A stretch of 64,000 nt of DNA from the human T2T-CHM13v2.0 reference genome, Homo sapiens. Position numbers and translations under genes: made by a program. The notes under the pieces were generated by a model. That model was not told the DNA's origin. It searched no databases and saw only the letters and a list, made by a program, of their open reading frames with translations. The stretch is from contig CP068257.2 in NCBI GenBank assembly GCA_009914755.4, positions 10,560,001 to 10,624,000 of the forward strand, read 5' to 3'. Shown here in pieces: positions 44,205-58,476 of the stretch; position 1 is the stretch's first letter; each line of letters begins with the position of its first letter.

Positions 44205-45720
44205 GACGCATTGTTTTGACCGTTTCCAACTTGTCCCAGCCCTTCCCGGGGCATCGCTGGGGACCCTACGCCGACGTCCCCCCTCCGCCCGCGCCCCAAG
44301 GGCCGACTGGGCAAATTGGGAGACCCGCCCCGCGGGGCGACCCAACTTTTCGGAACAGCACCCCACCGCCCACCCCCGCAGACCCCCGGACCCCCGCTCC
44401 CGGCGGAGACTCAGGGAACCCCGCACCCCAAGCCCTTCTAAATCGTGCAGCGTGAGTGTGACGGCCAAGAGCGGATGCAGCCCGGGATCGCCCGCACCTT
44501 CCCGTGGGCGGAAGCGCAGGAGCCAGCTGGGGAGGGGGCGCCCTAGAGGAGCGGCTAGAAAGCAGACACGGGGAACTGAGGTCATCCTGGGGGGGGACAA
44601 GACAACGAGAGCCGGGCGCCTCGGGGGCGGCGCGGGAGCCTCCGCAGGACCGGGCGGGCGCCCCGGCTGGCGCGGGCGGGGGGCGCGCCCCCTTTACCTG
44701 CGGCTCCGGCTCCTAGGCCATTTCCTCACGCGGCGGCGGCCGGGACTGAGCTGACACCACTCAGGCCGGCCGGGTTTGAATGAGGAGGAGCGGGCGCGGA
44801 GAGGAGGGGGCGGGGAGGGCGGAGGGAGGGAGGGAGGCGTCGCGGAGTTTTTCTCGGCCTTTTGTGCGGACACCTCCCGGATTCCGCGCCCGCACCCGGC
44901 CCCCCAAAAGACACGGGGAGCCGCGGGCGAGGGGTGCAGCCATCCGCCGAGGCGCCTAGTGCCTTCGCGCCTCCAAGACCCACCCCCAACAAAAAGGAGC
45001 GTCCCCCACCCCTACCCCCGCCCGGAGGATTTAGGGCCTAGGCTCACCTCGGGCGCGGAGCTAAGTGTTGGCGCCGGGGGTCCCTAGAGCCGCCGGGGCG
45101 CAGCGAGTCCGGCGCTGGGTAACTGTTGGGTCAGAAACTGTTCAGGTAGCAGCTGTTGTGCCCTCCCTTGGCCCCGCCGCTCGGAGACGCCCCGCCCCCT
45201 GCCTTCAACGGCCGCGCCGGCCCCGCCCCCTGCCTTGAACGGCCGCCCGGCCCCGCCCCAGCGCCCACGTGACTAGCATAGGCGCGCCCCCGTTCCGCCC
45301 GCCGCCGCAGACTCCGCCTCCGGAATGCGAGCGAGCGGCGAGCGCGCGCACTGCCAGTTCTTGCTCGGCGACTCCCGCGCACGCGCGCGCCGTGCCACCC
45401 TCCCCGCACCCCTCCTCCCGCCATCCGGCTTAACGTGGCGGGCGCGCGCCGCGGCAGTAGCCGTGACAGGTACCCGGCGGGGGGGGGGGGGAGGGGGTTG
45501 GCCCGCGAGGGTGTGCGCAGGCACAGACCCGGGTCCTGTCCCCGCCGCCCCCTCCTCTGCAAGGTGTGCCTGGGCGAGGGGAGGGGCCCGCGGCCCGAAC
45601 CCCTGGGTCACCCCCGAATTACAAACAAAAACCTTAACGCCATTGCTCGCGGGTTAGAAGGCAGCTGTGCGTGCTCAGGAAAAGAAGCCACGCACAAGAG
45701 ACCGCACGCGGCGTGGATAC
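44205..45720. promoter_or_regulatory. CpG island, probably the TPTE promoter and first non-coding exon. It may be bidirectional.
   Basis: Very high GC and CpG density. Contains ccccgcccc Sp1 boxes, CACGTG at about 45265 and no TATA box. Lies about 16 kb upstream of the start-codon exon on the gene side, between the KMT2C-like segment and the TPTE exons. Confidence 0.75.
45187..45262. promoter_or_regulatory. Tandem direct repeat (about 2.3 copies of a 31-bp unit ggccccgccccctgccttSaacggccgcSc) carrying three GC boxes.
   Basis: Seen directly: ccgccccctgccttcaacggccgcgccggccccgccccctgccttgaacggccgcccggccccgcccc. Confidence 0.7.
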
Positions 45721-45769
45721 AGTGACACGAAACACCCAAAATCTCTTTTGAAAGGGAAACCAGGCACAG

Positions 45770-45897
45770 TGGCTCATGCCTATAATCCCAGCACTTTCGG
45801 GGGCCAAGGCGCTCACCTAAACCCGAGAGTTCAAGACCAGCCTGGGCAATACAGCGAAACCCTGTCTCTACGAAAAATATAAAAATTAGCTGGGCAT
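45770..45897 (+). mobile_element. Partial Alu (left arm).
   Basis: ccaggcacagtggctcatgcctataatcccagcactttcgggggccaagg... Confidence 0.8.
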
Positions 45898-45898
45898 A

Positions 45899-46194
45899 GG
45901 GCTGGGCACGGTGGCTCACGCCTGTAATCCCAGCACTTTGGAGGCCGAGGCGGGCGGATCACGAGGTCAGGAGTTCCAGACCATCCTGGCTAACACAGTG
46001 AAACCTTCTCTCTACTAAAAATACAAAAAAAATTAGCCGGGCGTGGTGGCAGGTGCCTGTAGTCCTAGCTACTTGGGAGGTTGAGGCAGGAGAATGGCAT
46101 GAATCAGGGAGCGGAGGCTGCAGTGAGCTGAGATTGCGCCACTGCACCCCAGCCTGGGGGACAGAGTGAGACTCCGTCTCAAAAAAAAAAAAAA
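45899..46194 (+). mobile_element. Alu (sense).
   Basis: gggctgggcacggtggctcacgcctgtaatccc...polyA. Confidence 0.9.
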
Positions 46195-46195
46195 T

Positions 46196-46350
46196 AATTA
46201 GCTGGGCATGGTGGCTGGCACACATGGTCCCAGCTACTCAGGAGGCTGAGGTGGAAGGATCTCTTGATCCCGGGGAGGTCAAGGCTGCAGTGAGCCAAGA
46301 TGGCATCACCGCACTCCAGCCTGGGCCACAGACCCTGTCTCAAAAAAAAA
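46196..46350 (+). mobile_element. Partial Alu (right arm).
   Basis: ttagctgggcatggtgg...cactccagcctgggccacagaccctgtctcaaaaaaaaaa. Confidence 0.8.
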
Positions 46351-46879
46351 AGAGAAAGTGGGGAAGAAAATGTAATACAAATTAATATACCAACAGCAAT
46401 TAGTGAGTACTTTTTCCATGGAGCTGGGAGAGGGAATAAATGTTTGTAAAATTAAAATGTTCTACGCTAGAAATCAACTTTCCTTCTATGCTTTCTTTAC
46501 TTCACCCCTTATAGCTACTTAGTAAATCTCACAAATCCTATCCTTCTAATCTCTCTGAAATGTATGTACCCTTTCCCTTCTATTCTCACCACCCATGTTT
46601 CTTTGTTTCCTTCTAGCCTGTGTAATAATCTCATAATCGCACCTCCTGTACCTGCCTTCTTTCTAGTCCAGAATACGTTTTCCTAAATTCCACCAATAAC
46701 CATCCTGCTACTGCTTTGTGTGAAATTCTCCAGAAAAAATTTTACTTTTCCAAAATAAGTCAGGCTCTTAGGATACAAAACCACACCATGGTCCCAGCCA
46801 ATCTTTCAGCCTGATTCACTCAGTATATATTTATTGACCTCTCCTTTCTCCCAAGCACTTGGCTAGATAATAATTAAAG

Positions 46880-47140
46880 AGTGCGGCACAAAACAAATTG
46901 GATTCCTCCCCTCATGGAGCTTGTATTTTCACAGGAAGCACAGACATTAAATAAATTAAAACACAAAAAAATAGACAAGCATATAATTACAGTATGTATC
47001 CTAGAGAAATATCACTCATGCAGAAAGCATACACAAGGATGCAGCACTGTTTCCAATAGCGAAAAGCTAGAAACAACCTACATGTTCACCAAAAGAAAAT
47101 GGCCACATAAACTATACCATATCCAAATTATCCAAATTTT
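46880..47140 (+). mobile_element. Old LINE 3' fragment.
   Basis: ORF 46881..47183 is similar to the L1 3' region (gcagcactgtttccaatagc...). Confidence 0.4.
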
Positions 47141-47156
47141 AGAATATAGACAACAG

Positions 47157-47767
<611 letters not shown>

Positions 47768-48166
47768 TTACTAGTTCCATATCCTGCTTTTGGATAAACA
47801 TTTGATACACCATTCTATACTTACTCCTCTCTTTGCTCTATTCTGACTGCCTGCACCCCTCCCCGCCACCCAATCCCCCAACATATATGCCATATATATA
47901 AACATCAACCTGTAACCACCCTAATCGGCCCCAAGGTCACTCAAAATGCCACCTCCTTCAGTTACTCTCTCCTTTGTTCAATGCCTCCTTTATAACACTG
48001 TCTGCATTATGCCTAGCCCTGGGTATGTTATTTCTCTTACCACCTGAATAGTGGGGAGGCTCTTCCAAGGGAAGACCAGTTTCCTCCATGCTGTGGAATG
48101 GTCAACACACAGTAGGTACTCCAATATTTAGCTGTTCCAATATGTAGCTGTTCTGTGCTCCTTGGG

Positions 48167-48456
48167 TTTTTGTTTGTTTGTTTGTTTTTTTGAGACAATG
48201 TCTCACTCTGTCGCCCAGGCTGGAGTGCAGTGGCGTGATCTCAGCTCACTGCAACCTCTGGGGTTCAAGTGATTCTCCTGCCTGAGCCTCCTGAGTAGCT
48301 GGGATTACAGGCGTGCACCACCACACCTGGCTGATTTTTGAATTTTTAGTAGAGACAGGGTTTCACCATTTTGGTCTCCAACTCCTGACCTCAAGTGATC
48401 TGCCCGCCTCCCAAAGTGCTGAGATTGATTACAGGTGTGAGCCACTGCTCCTGGCC
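48167..48456 (-). mobile_element. Alu (antisense).
   Basis: T-rich leader; gagacaatgtctcactctgtcgcccaggctggagtgcagtgg. Confidence 0.9.
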
Positions 48457-48468
48457 TCCCTGGATTCT

Positions 48469-48770
<302 letters not shown>

Positions 48771-48789
48771 TCCTGGATTCTTTAATACA

Positions 48790-49400
48790 CTCGTTTTTTC
48801 CCTCTTTCATGTGACATGTACCTAATAAGCACCCACTATGTACACCAGGCATTGTTCTAGGTGCTGGAGATGCCGCAGGGAACCAAATAGATCAAAATGC
48901 CTATCCTCATGGAGTTAACATTTGATATTATAGTGTGTTAGATATTATAATAAGTACTATGGAGAAAAATACAAGGGGCAAAGGGGCTACAGAGTGGAGG
49001 GGTGGTGAGGGAAATGTTAAATAGATCGGCCCTGAAAGGCTTCATCATAGACACATCTAAATAAAGATCTGAAGGGGGTGACAGTGGCAGCCACAAGGAG
49101 TTCTAGGGGAAGAGCATTCCAGGTTCAGGGACAGGCAAGCGAAGTCCTTGAAGCAAAGTGCACCCAGTGTCTCAAAGAACAGCAAGGAGGCCAGCATGGC
49201 ATTGTGGCTGGCGTGGCGACAAGCCCGGAAATTAGGATGGGGATGGTGCATCTTGATTGCACGGATCTTTCTGGCCATGGTAAAGATTTTGAATTTCATT
49301 CTGAATGGGCCTGAGAGCTCTGAATAATCTGAGCAAAATGGCCGGGCTCGGTTAGTAAGTGGTGTATTCAACGGGTTCACACAATCAAGAGCACTCCTAA
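48790..49400. repeat. Old interspersed repeat. Family not resolved.
   Basis: Contains the widespread motif cacccactatgtacaccaggcattgttctaggtgctgga...cctcatggagtt. Confidence 0.3.
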
Positions 49401-49481
49401 AATAGTAACACAGGGTCTCTCTCCTTTGCTGAAATCACTCACTCAGATATTTAAATGTATCTCTATTTCAGGTTACTTCTA

Positions 49482-49803
<322 letters not shown>

Positions 49804-49810
49804 GATAGGC

Positions 49811-49897
49811 AGATAGATAGATAGATAGATAGACAGACAGATAGATAGATAGATACATACATACATACATACATACATACATACATACATACATAGA
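49811..49897. repeat. Compound tetranucleotide STR (GATA)n(GACA)2(GATA)n(TACA)10.
   Basis: agatagatagatagatagacagacagatagatagatagatacatacatacatacatacatacatacatacatacatag. Confidence 0.9.
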
Positions 49898-50341
49898 TAA
49901 AAATTGAGGTGCACTGTCACTTGAGAATTTCAAATTATATGATAAGTAGCTAAGGCAGTCAAAGAAAGGCTTTGGAGATGACCATAAAGTACTTTATGTA
50001 ACTAAGTTATTCAGTCCCTAAACCATTTATATTTAAATATAGAAAATATATTTAATAATTTGATACAGGAAAAAAGAGCTTGTCAAAAAATCTCAAAAGA
50101 ATAAAGTCTATTGGATTTAAACCATTTCCTTATAAAACCTGATTGCTGTATTACAGATATGAACTCTATATGCACTCAAATCCTTTCATCAATAAAAGGC
50201 AATAAGACTCTTATTGAGTAACAATAAGAGGCAATAAGGCTCTTATTGACTGTAACATTATTTAGGATAGTTCTTTCCAATAGAAATATCAAGACCAAGG
50301 GGTTACATAAAAAAAGAAAAAATTTTAAGTCAGTACTATAC

Positions 50342-50461
50342 CATCATCTCTGCAAGGTAACTGCTCAGAAACAGAGCCTGAGGAATCTTTTCTGATCACA
50401 GATCTTTTGGTTTTCCCTTGCCCAGTTCGACTTCTTTGCCGCACCATAAATCCACCAATAC
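50342..50461 (-). pseudogene. KMT2C (MLL3)-paralogous exon encoding (G)IGGFMVRQRSRTGQGKTKRSVIRKDSSGSVSEQLPCRDD(G). Acceptor ttttggatag, donor ATG gtatag.
   Basis: Minus-strand translation continues the previous exon in the correct phase. It matches the remembered KMT2C sequence with I to V. Confidence 0.6.
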
Positions 50462-52532
50462 CTATCCAAAAAAGAAATTGGGTAAACTGATAAATAATTT
50501 CTCCCTACGTTTCCACAGTACACAGGATAAAAATGCTTTATCTTGAATAGTAAGTCATTTTCCAAAATTAAGTCTGTGCTAGTCTAAATAAATAACCTGA
50601 GTTTTAGGTAAAATAGAAGTTAAAAACAACCAAAAAAAAAAAAAAAAAGGCAAAGCCACTGTTACCGCTTATCAAACAGAATACAAAAAGACCTGTGTGC
50701 ACTTCCTCTTCTCAACAGTATCAGTGTAAATATCAAACACTAAATTACGCTGGCTTATCTATTTGACAAATATTAGTGCCTCATACATCACATAACAGTC
50801 ATGCACTGCATAATGATGTTGGTCAACAAAGGGCTGCATGTCAAGGCAGTGGTCCCATAAGATTATGATGGAGCTGAAAAATTCCCACCACATACAGACA
50901 TCACCGTAGTTATAACACCGTAGCACAATTACTTTATTTTTTTAAATGAATTTAGCGTACCATACAGCCTAAGTGTGTAGTAAGCTATACCATCTAGGTT
51001 TGTGGAAGTGCACTCTATGATGTTCACACAAGGATGAAAATGCCTAGTGATGTATTTCTCTGAACTTAAGTGATGGATGACTGTGTCTGTATATTAACCG
51101 GCTAACTGGTACATTAGCTGGAGGACAGAAGACACAAACTACCTAGATGACACAAATATTCTTTGACTGATATGATTTCAGGGGGACAGTGTCTGGTACT
51201 CCAACGTATGAGGGCATTTATACATGGGACACATAGAGCCCTGTGGTTAAGAGCATGGAATCTGGAGTCAGACTATGTAATTCTGCTTACTCACTAAATA
51301 CTTCTCAATGCCTCAATTCTTTCACTGGTTAAATATGGGGGTAAGGCAAAGCAGCTTCTCATACATATGTTAAAAGGACAAATAACATAAGTGAAGTGCT
51401 TAGAATAGAGGTCTGGTACACAGTCAACACTATAAGCTTTTGTGAAATGATATCGCTGTCTAGCAATATACTCTGTGACCTAATGGGTCCCTCAATTAGA
51501 GGGTTGACTTCCATGTGAGGCAGAGGAAAAGAAAACAGTAAATACAAGTTCCTGGAAGAAATCTGCAATGTCTAAAAAAGTACACTTATAAGCCTCATGA
51601 TTAGGAAGAAATGAAATCATTTTCATAAAATGATTTAGAAGCAACTCACCTTAGGTCCTTATTATAGATATGACCTATTTAAAAGACAGGTTATCTTTTA
51701 AGGTCTCATGGAATACGAATGAAGTAAGAAAGTTCTTCCTTACATATCAAAAGGGATTTAGATCACTCTTACCAATAAAATATAAGCAATAAGAAGCATA
51801 AAGATTGTACGAATCCAATTTAAAACCTCATTGGTAAACAGACATTAATAAACTGGCTAAGGAAAGACTACTCAACACGTGTGAAAAGCGGGAAAAAAAA
51901 TTTTAAATAAATACATAAAAGCCTACAACTTCTGTATTGTGACAATTTTAATAATTTTTTCCAATAAGGCAAATAAAACTGACAAGCAAGACCGCTTTTC
52001 TCTCCACTCCTGAGGCAGATAAGAAATGAGTGTTTAATCAATCATGGTTTTTAACTGGACTATAAATTCTAGGAGCCATAATAACTCTGTCTTGTTCCCC
52101 TTCACACTGTATACTTACTGGCACTACTGCATAAACACTGAAATAAGTTTTTTCAAAAAAAGATATTAGAAAGTGAATACTGAAAATTAAAAGCGTTACA
52201 GAAGTACACATCCAGAGGAACTATATAAATGGCCTTCAAAGTCCAAGTATGAACAAAAGCCAATCTAGTAAAGCATTTAATAAAATGGTTAACATTTGGG
52301 ATAAGGCATTCAATAATGATTCATTGTGAAGTATTCACATATTCAAAATAAAGAACTCTAGAGCTAAAAAGTCGTATTCAAATAGTTTAGTTCTTTAATT
52401 TATGTGCACATATTTTTGTTTAGACAGTTCTTAATCCTGAATATTTAATTTTAATTGAAGTCTTCAGTATTGTATTTTTCTTTAATTAACAAAGTGTTGA
52501 TGATATTGAAATGTCTACCTCAGGCACTATAC

Positions 52533-52661
52533 CTGGTCTGTATGGTTTCCTTTTTCTCTTTTTGACACCATCTGTTCCTTCCACTCCCTTAGTTTCATCA
52601 TTCACAGCTTCCCGCTCAGGACTAGATTCTGATTTTCCATCACAATCCATAAGTTCTCCTT
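52533..52661 (-). pseudogene. KMT2C (MLL3)-paralogous exon encoding (R)EGELMDCDGKSESSPEREAVNDETKGVEGTDGVKKRKRKPYRP(G). Acceptor ttttttccag, donor CCAG gtatag. A BAGE/MLL3P-type duplicated segment.
   Basis: Minus-strand translation read from the sequence. The peptide matches KMT2C as I remember it, with one D to N change. Splice sites are intact and the phase is compatible with the next exon. Confidence 0.6.
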
Positions 52662-54079
52662 CTGGAAAAAAGTAAATGTATACACAAAACTGGAAAAACC
52701 TATCAAATATATAATCCCTACATCATGGGGAATAAAAAGTAGGGTTGTTGCTGAGCCATTTTAATTGTACATCCCTGTTGGTAGGGAAAGTATGAAAGGA
52801 GATAGAAGCAGCCCCAAATGGTTCTAGAAATTGTGCTGCTTAGTGCAGTGTTCCCATGAAATAAAACATAATCAGAGAAGGGGAACACAGAACTCAGAGT
52901 TCTGTTAAGTGCAACCCATTTGCACTTAACAAATTCACTTGCTTTTAATTATGTCTTCAGGTCCAGGTCTCTAGACTAGAACTCTCTTCTGAGCTTCAAC
53001 CACAGCTATAATTGAATATTACCTAGTTACTGAAAACTGTGTATCCAAAATGAACTACTAATTTAAAATAAACTTTCTCCTTTTTCCCATGTTACCTATC
53101 ATCATTAAAAGGCATGGAAATGTAACCTGGAGAAGACAGAGGCCTGGAAGACCACCTTAATCATTCCTAATCTCTTTCCTCCTACAACCAAGACTCCTCA
53201 ATACCTCTGAAATGCATTTTATCACTCTCTACTACCATCTTAGTCCAACCTCAGATGACTCACTATTAATACAATATGCTCCTATCTAGTTGCCCACCTC
53301 AAAGCTTACCTCTCTCCAATCAATTCTTTAAATTACTGCATAAATGATCTTTCTATAAATATGTATCAATTTTCTGCTTAAAATCCTTTCATGTCTTCCC
53401 AATGCCCTCAAAATAAACTTCAAATTACAAGGCCCATTACAACAGTCTCTTGTAAACTTTCCAGCTTCATCTCACTCCCACCAGGGAACTATACTCAGTT
53501 CTTTGAATGTATCAAGCTCTTTCTTCCACTATCTTCCCCAATTTCTGCCTTCTACCTAACTTATCTTTCAGGATTTATTCTAAACTTCACTGTATTAAAG
53601 AATTCCTGATATTTAGATAAGATTATGTCAAACAGTTGTATGCTCGTATGTATGAACGTCATGCTTCATTTTTATTGGTTCTTTAAAATCTGTGTCCCTG
53701 CTAGACTATATTCTCCATGAGAACAGGTACACAGATTTTCTTAGTAACAGGTGCATTGTTAGTAGGATACCTAATACATGTTCAATAAATACTTCACTGA
53801 ATGAGGTAAATGGAATGCTTACAGAATGCTATTTTAGAGAATGCTATTTTAACACTATGGTAATCAAACTTTTCCAAGTTATATATGCTTTACATTGTAT
53901 TACAGGAAAAAGATATGTTTATCAAATACATTTTAAAATCAAGTTGTTAACTCCTTCAATATTCTCAGTATTAGAGATAACATATTTCTGTAATGGCATG
54001 AACAGGGTATTTGTCTTTTCTTTTTTATTATATTTGGTCTATATTTAAGGCCAATTCCATAACAATCTGATAATGGCTA

Positions 54080-54728
<649 letters not shown>

Positions 54729-54913
54729 TACTGAAAAAAACAAGCACCAAAGATGACAATACCAATTGTTTACCTTCAAATAAACCCACCTAAAAGTTAA
54801 TGACAGGGAATTTTGGGTTAAGGTGGCAGACTAAATTCATACATTAAAATTACATTCTCCTGAAACCCTACTAAAAACACACTGAAATAATCTATTTTTA
54901 AAAGATAAAATCA

Positions 54914-55091
54914 AGCTGTGGCATGGTGGCATGCCTGTAATCCCAGCTAGTTGGGAGGCTGAGGTGGGAGAAGAGAATTGCTTGAGCCCAGAAGGTTGAG
55001 GCTACAGTGAGTTATGATCACACTACTGCATTCCAGCCTGGACAACAGAGAAAGACCCAATCTCCTTAAAAAAAAAAAAAAAAAAAAAAAA
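54914..55091 (+). mobile_element. Partial Alu (right arm) with an A30 tail.
   Basis: gctgtggcatggtggcatgcctgtaatcccagctagttgggaggctgagg... Confidence 0.8.
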
Positions 55092-57100
55092 GACAATAGG
55101 AAAGGAGAAAAACAAGTTAACGAAGGCAAATTCTCAGTTGAGAGCAGAAAGAACTGAAAAAAAGAATCCAGTTTATAACAATCCTCAGAAGGCTGAGAAA
55201 CTAGGAAAACTGGCCACCTTTGGAAATAAGTGGGAGAAAACTGAAGCAACAAGAGATTTAATTATCTGCAGAAGTTATACTCCCTACACCTGCTTCCTAG
55301 GTTTACACACTGAGAAGCTGCTACTCTCATTTGTGGGATGAGGATTCCTGGGTGACCTTAAATGGAACAATGGGATGAAGATCGAAAATAGGACCAAGAA
55401 AATATGGGCATACTAATTGTGGACAACCCCATTCTGCTCCCGCTGCCGGACCCCACATTTCCCCACTGAATTCTCAGAAAGCTAGCAGCCAGATCTCTAG
55501 CCTCCAAGTATGAGGTTTGAAAAGACTGTTGTGGGGAACCTGATCAGTTCAAGAAGAACATCTAAAGATACTGAAACCAGAGGGTTCACCAAATGGTCAG
55601 CACAAATCACCCCACTAAACTTACAAATCGACAAGCACCGCCACATACTCAAAGCTTTCTAATCAACTACTTAATTCCTTTTTTAAAAATAAAAATACTA
55701 TCTATCCAGTCTCCATCTTTAGTTCTTCACTTTTAATCATGCATGTACCATAAAGATTATCTGACAATGGTCTATAACAAGCTTGTCCAACCTGCAGCCA
55801 AGATGCTTTAAATGCAGCCCAACACAAATTCATAAACTTTCATAAAACATTATGAGACTTTTTATGAGGTTTTTTTTTTTTTTAAAAAAAAAAAGCTCAC
55901 CAGCTATCATTAGTGTATTTTACATGTGGCCCAAGACAATGCTTCTTCCAATGTGGGCCATGGAAGCCAGAAGATCTGCAACACCCTTGATCTGTAACAT
56001 AAAAGACAGAGACCTGAGAACATAAAAGACAATTTGGAATTAACAGACTAAGTAGGAAGAAAAAAAAATCTTCAAAAAGATTAAAATCCTCTGAGGGATA
56101 ATATAAGATACCCTTGAGGCAAGAATAGGATGCTACAAAAGAAACATTCAAAGGGAGGAAAGAAAGCTCTTGAAATAACTGAAATAAAAACAAAACTCAG
56201 CGGGAGATAAAATAAGGACATGAATTGGAAAGAAGCAGAGAAAAACTGAGTATGTTTCACATCTGAAAAGCAGAATTCTGGAAAAAGAGAGGGAATTGTT
56301 ATCAATAATATAGTTCAAGAACATTTCCTACCACTGAAGGATATAAGACAGCAGACTGAAAGAGACCACTCAGTGCCTAACGAAACAGATTTTAAATATC
56401 AAAAATAGACAAAAACAGACGTTATCCTCATGAAATTTTAGAACACTGAGGACAAAGAATTTCCTAAAATCTTAAGAGCTTCCAAGAAAACACAGGTCAC
56501 ATAGAAAAAACCGAGTTCTTCATATACTAGAAACTAAAAGACAGTGGATCAATTGACTAAAAATGATAAATGAAAATGTATTTCCAACCTGGAAAAGATG
56601 AGTCAGGTAGGAAGGTAAAATAAAGACATTTTCAGAAGTATATAATGCTCAAAACTTACCTTCCACACATTCTCTGTCAGGGAGCTATGGAAGATACGTT
56701 CCACCCAAATTGAGGGAAGAAATAAAGAGAAATTCATGAAATTGCAGAAAACACATGTAACACAGGAGAGAACAGAAGATGATCTCCAGGATGATGAAGA
56801 GGAAATCCCCAAGTTAATCATATGTAATGGTTTGTGGCCAAGGATAGCACTGGATCTAGCACAAAGGCCACCTTTCACCTGAAACAATGCACACAAGGAC
56901 AGTAAAAACCAAGAGAGCACTTTTATTGATGAGGTTCACAGTGACACCAGTAAGCATACATGTTGAGACAAATGGCATAAAGTAGCACATACAGTGCCCT
57001 AACACAAGTGGTATCACTGTAGGCTAAAGTCTCTTCTAACCAACATCTTCACAAGGGCCTTCTGATTCCCACAGGCTGAAATAAAGAAAAAGACTGTTAT

Positions 57101-57465
<365 letters not shown>

Positions 57466-58054
57466 GACCGTTATCACCCAAATATGAGAAATTCTCCCAT
57501 ATATACATACTTGTATCTAGATGACTAATCTCTGGAAAGTTATAAGAAAACACTGGTTCTTTCCAAGGAAGGGATGGCCAAAAGGTAGGGTAACTTAACA
57601 TTGTTCACTCTTTTTAAGACCTTTGTATTTCTTGTATCATGCACAGGTATTGCCTATTCAAAAACAAACCTACAACAGGGAAAGACTGAAAGCTTTTCTT
57701 CAATATCTGCTACAAGGCAAGGATGCCTACTCTTAACACTTATATTCACCATAGTCCTAGCCAGAGCAATCACATAAGAAAAGGAAATAAAAGGCAGCAG
57801 AAAAAAGGGGGTAAAATTATCCCTGTGTGCAGATGACATGATCCTGTATGTAGAAACCCCTAAAAATTCCACAGTTACTAGAATAAATGAATTCAGTCAA
57901 GTAGCAGGATACAAAATCAATATACAAAAATCAGATGCATTTCTTTATACAAATAATGATCTGAAAAAAAATCAAGAAAACATTTCCACTTAAAATAACA
58001 TCAAAAAGAATAAAACACTGAGGAACAAATTTAATGAAGGAAGTGAAAACTTTA

Positions 58055-58476
<422 letters not shown>

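Noticed and set aside
44191-44754. 187-aa plus-strand ORF and several overlapping 70-150-aa ORFs on both strands across 44.1-45.9 kb.
   Set aside because: They lie in the CpG island. Their Arg/Pro/Gly/Ala-rich low-complexity translations are what any GC-rich DNA produces. There is no splice or start-codon context and no recognisable protein family.
45463-45476. Plus-strand donor-like site GTGACAG gtaccc that could end a divergent first exon.
   Set aside because: Not rejected outright, but too weak (C at +4 and +5) to annotate as a feature. It is kept only as a hypothesis in the CpG-island finding.
50300-50342. Possible read-through or polyadenylation (AATAAG-like motifs) just past the second KMT2C-like exon, as a BAGE-type terminal exon.
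   Set aside because: No canonical AATAAA within a plausible distance. Cannot be supported from the sequence alone.
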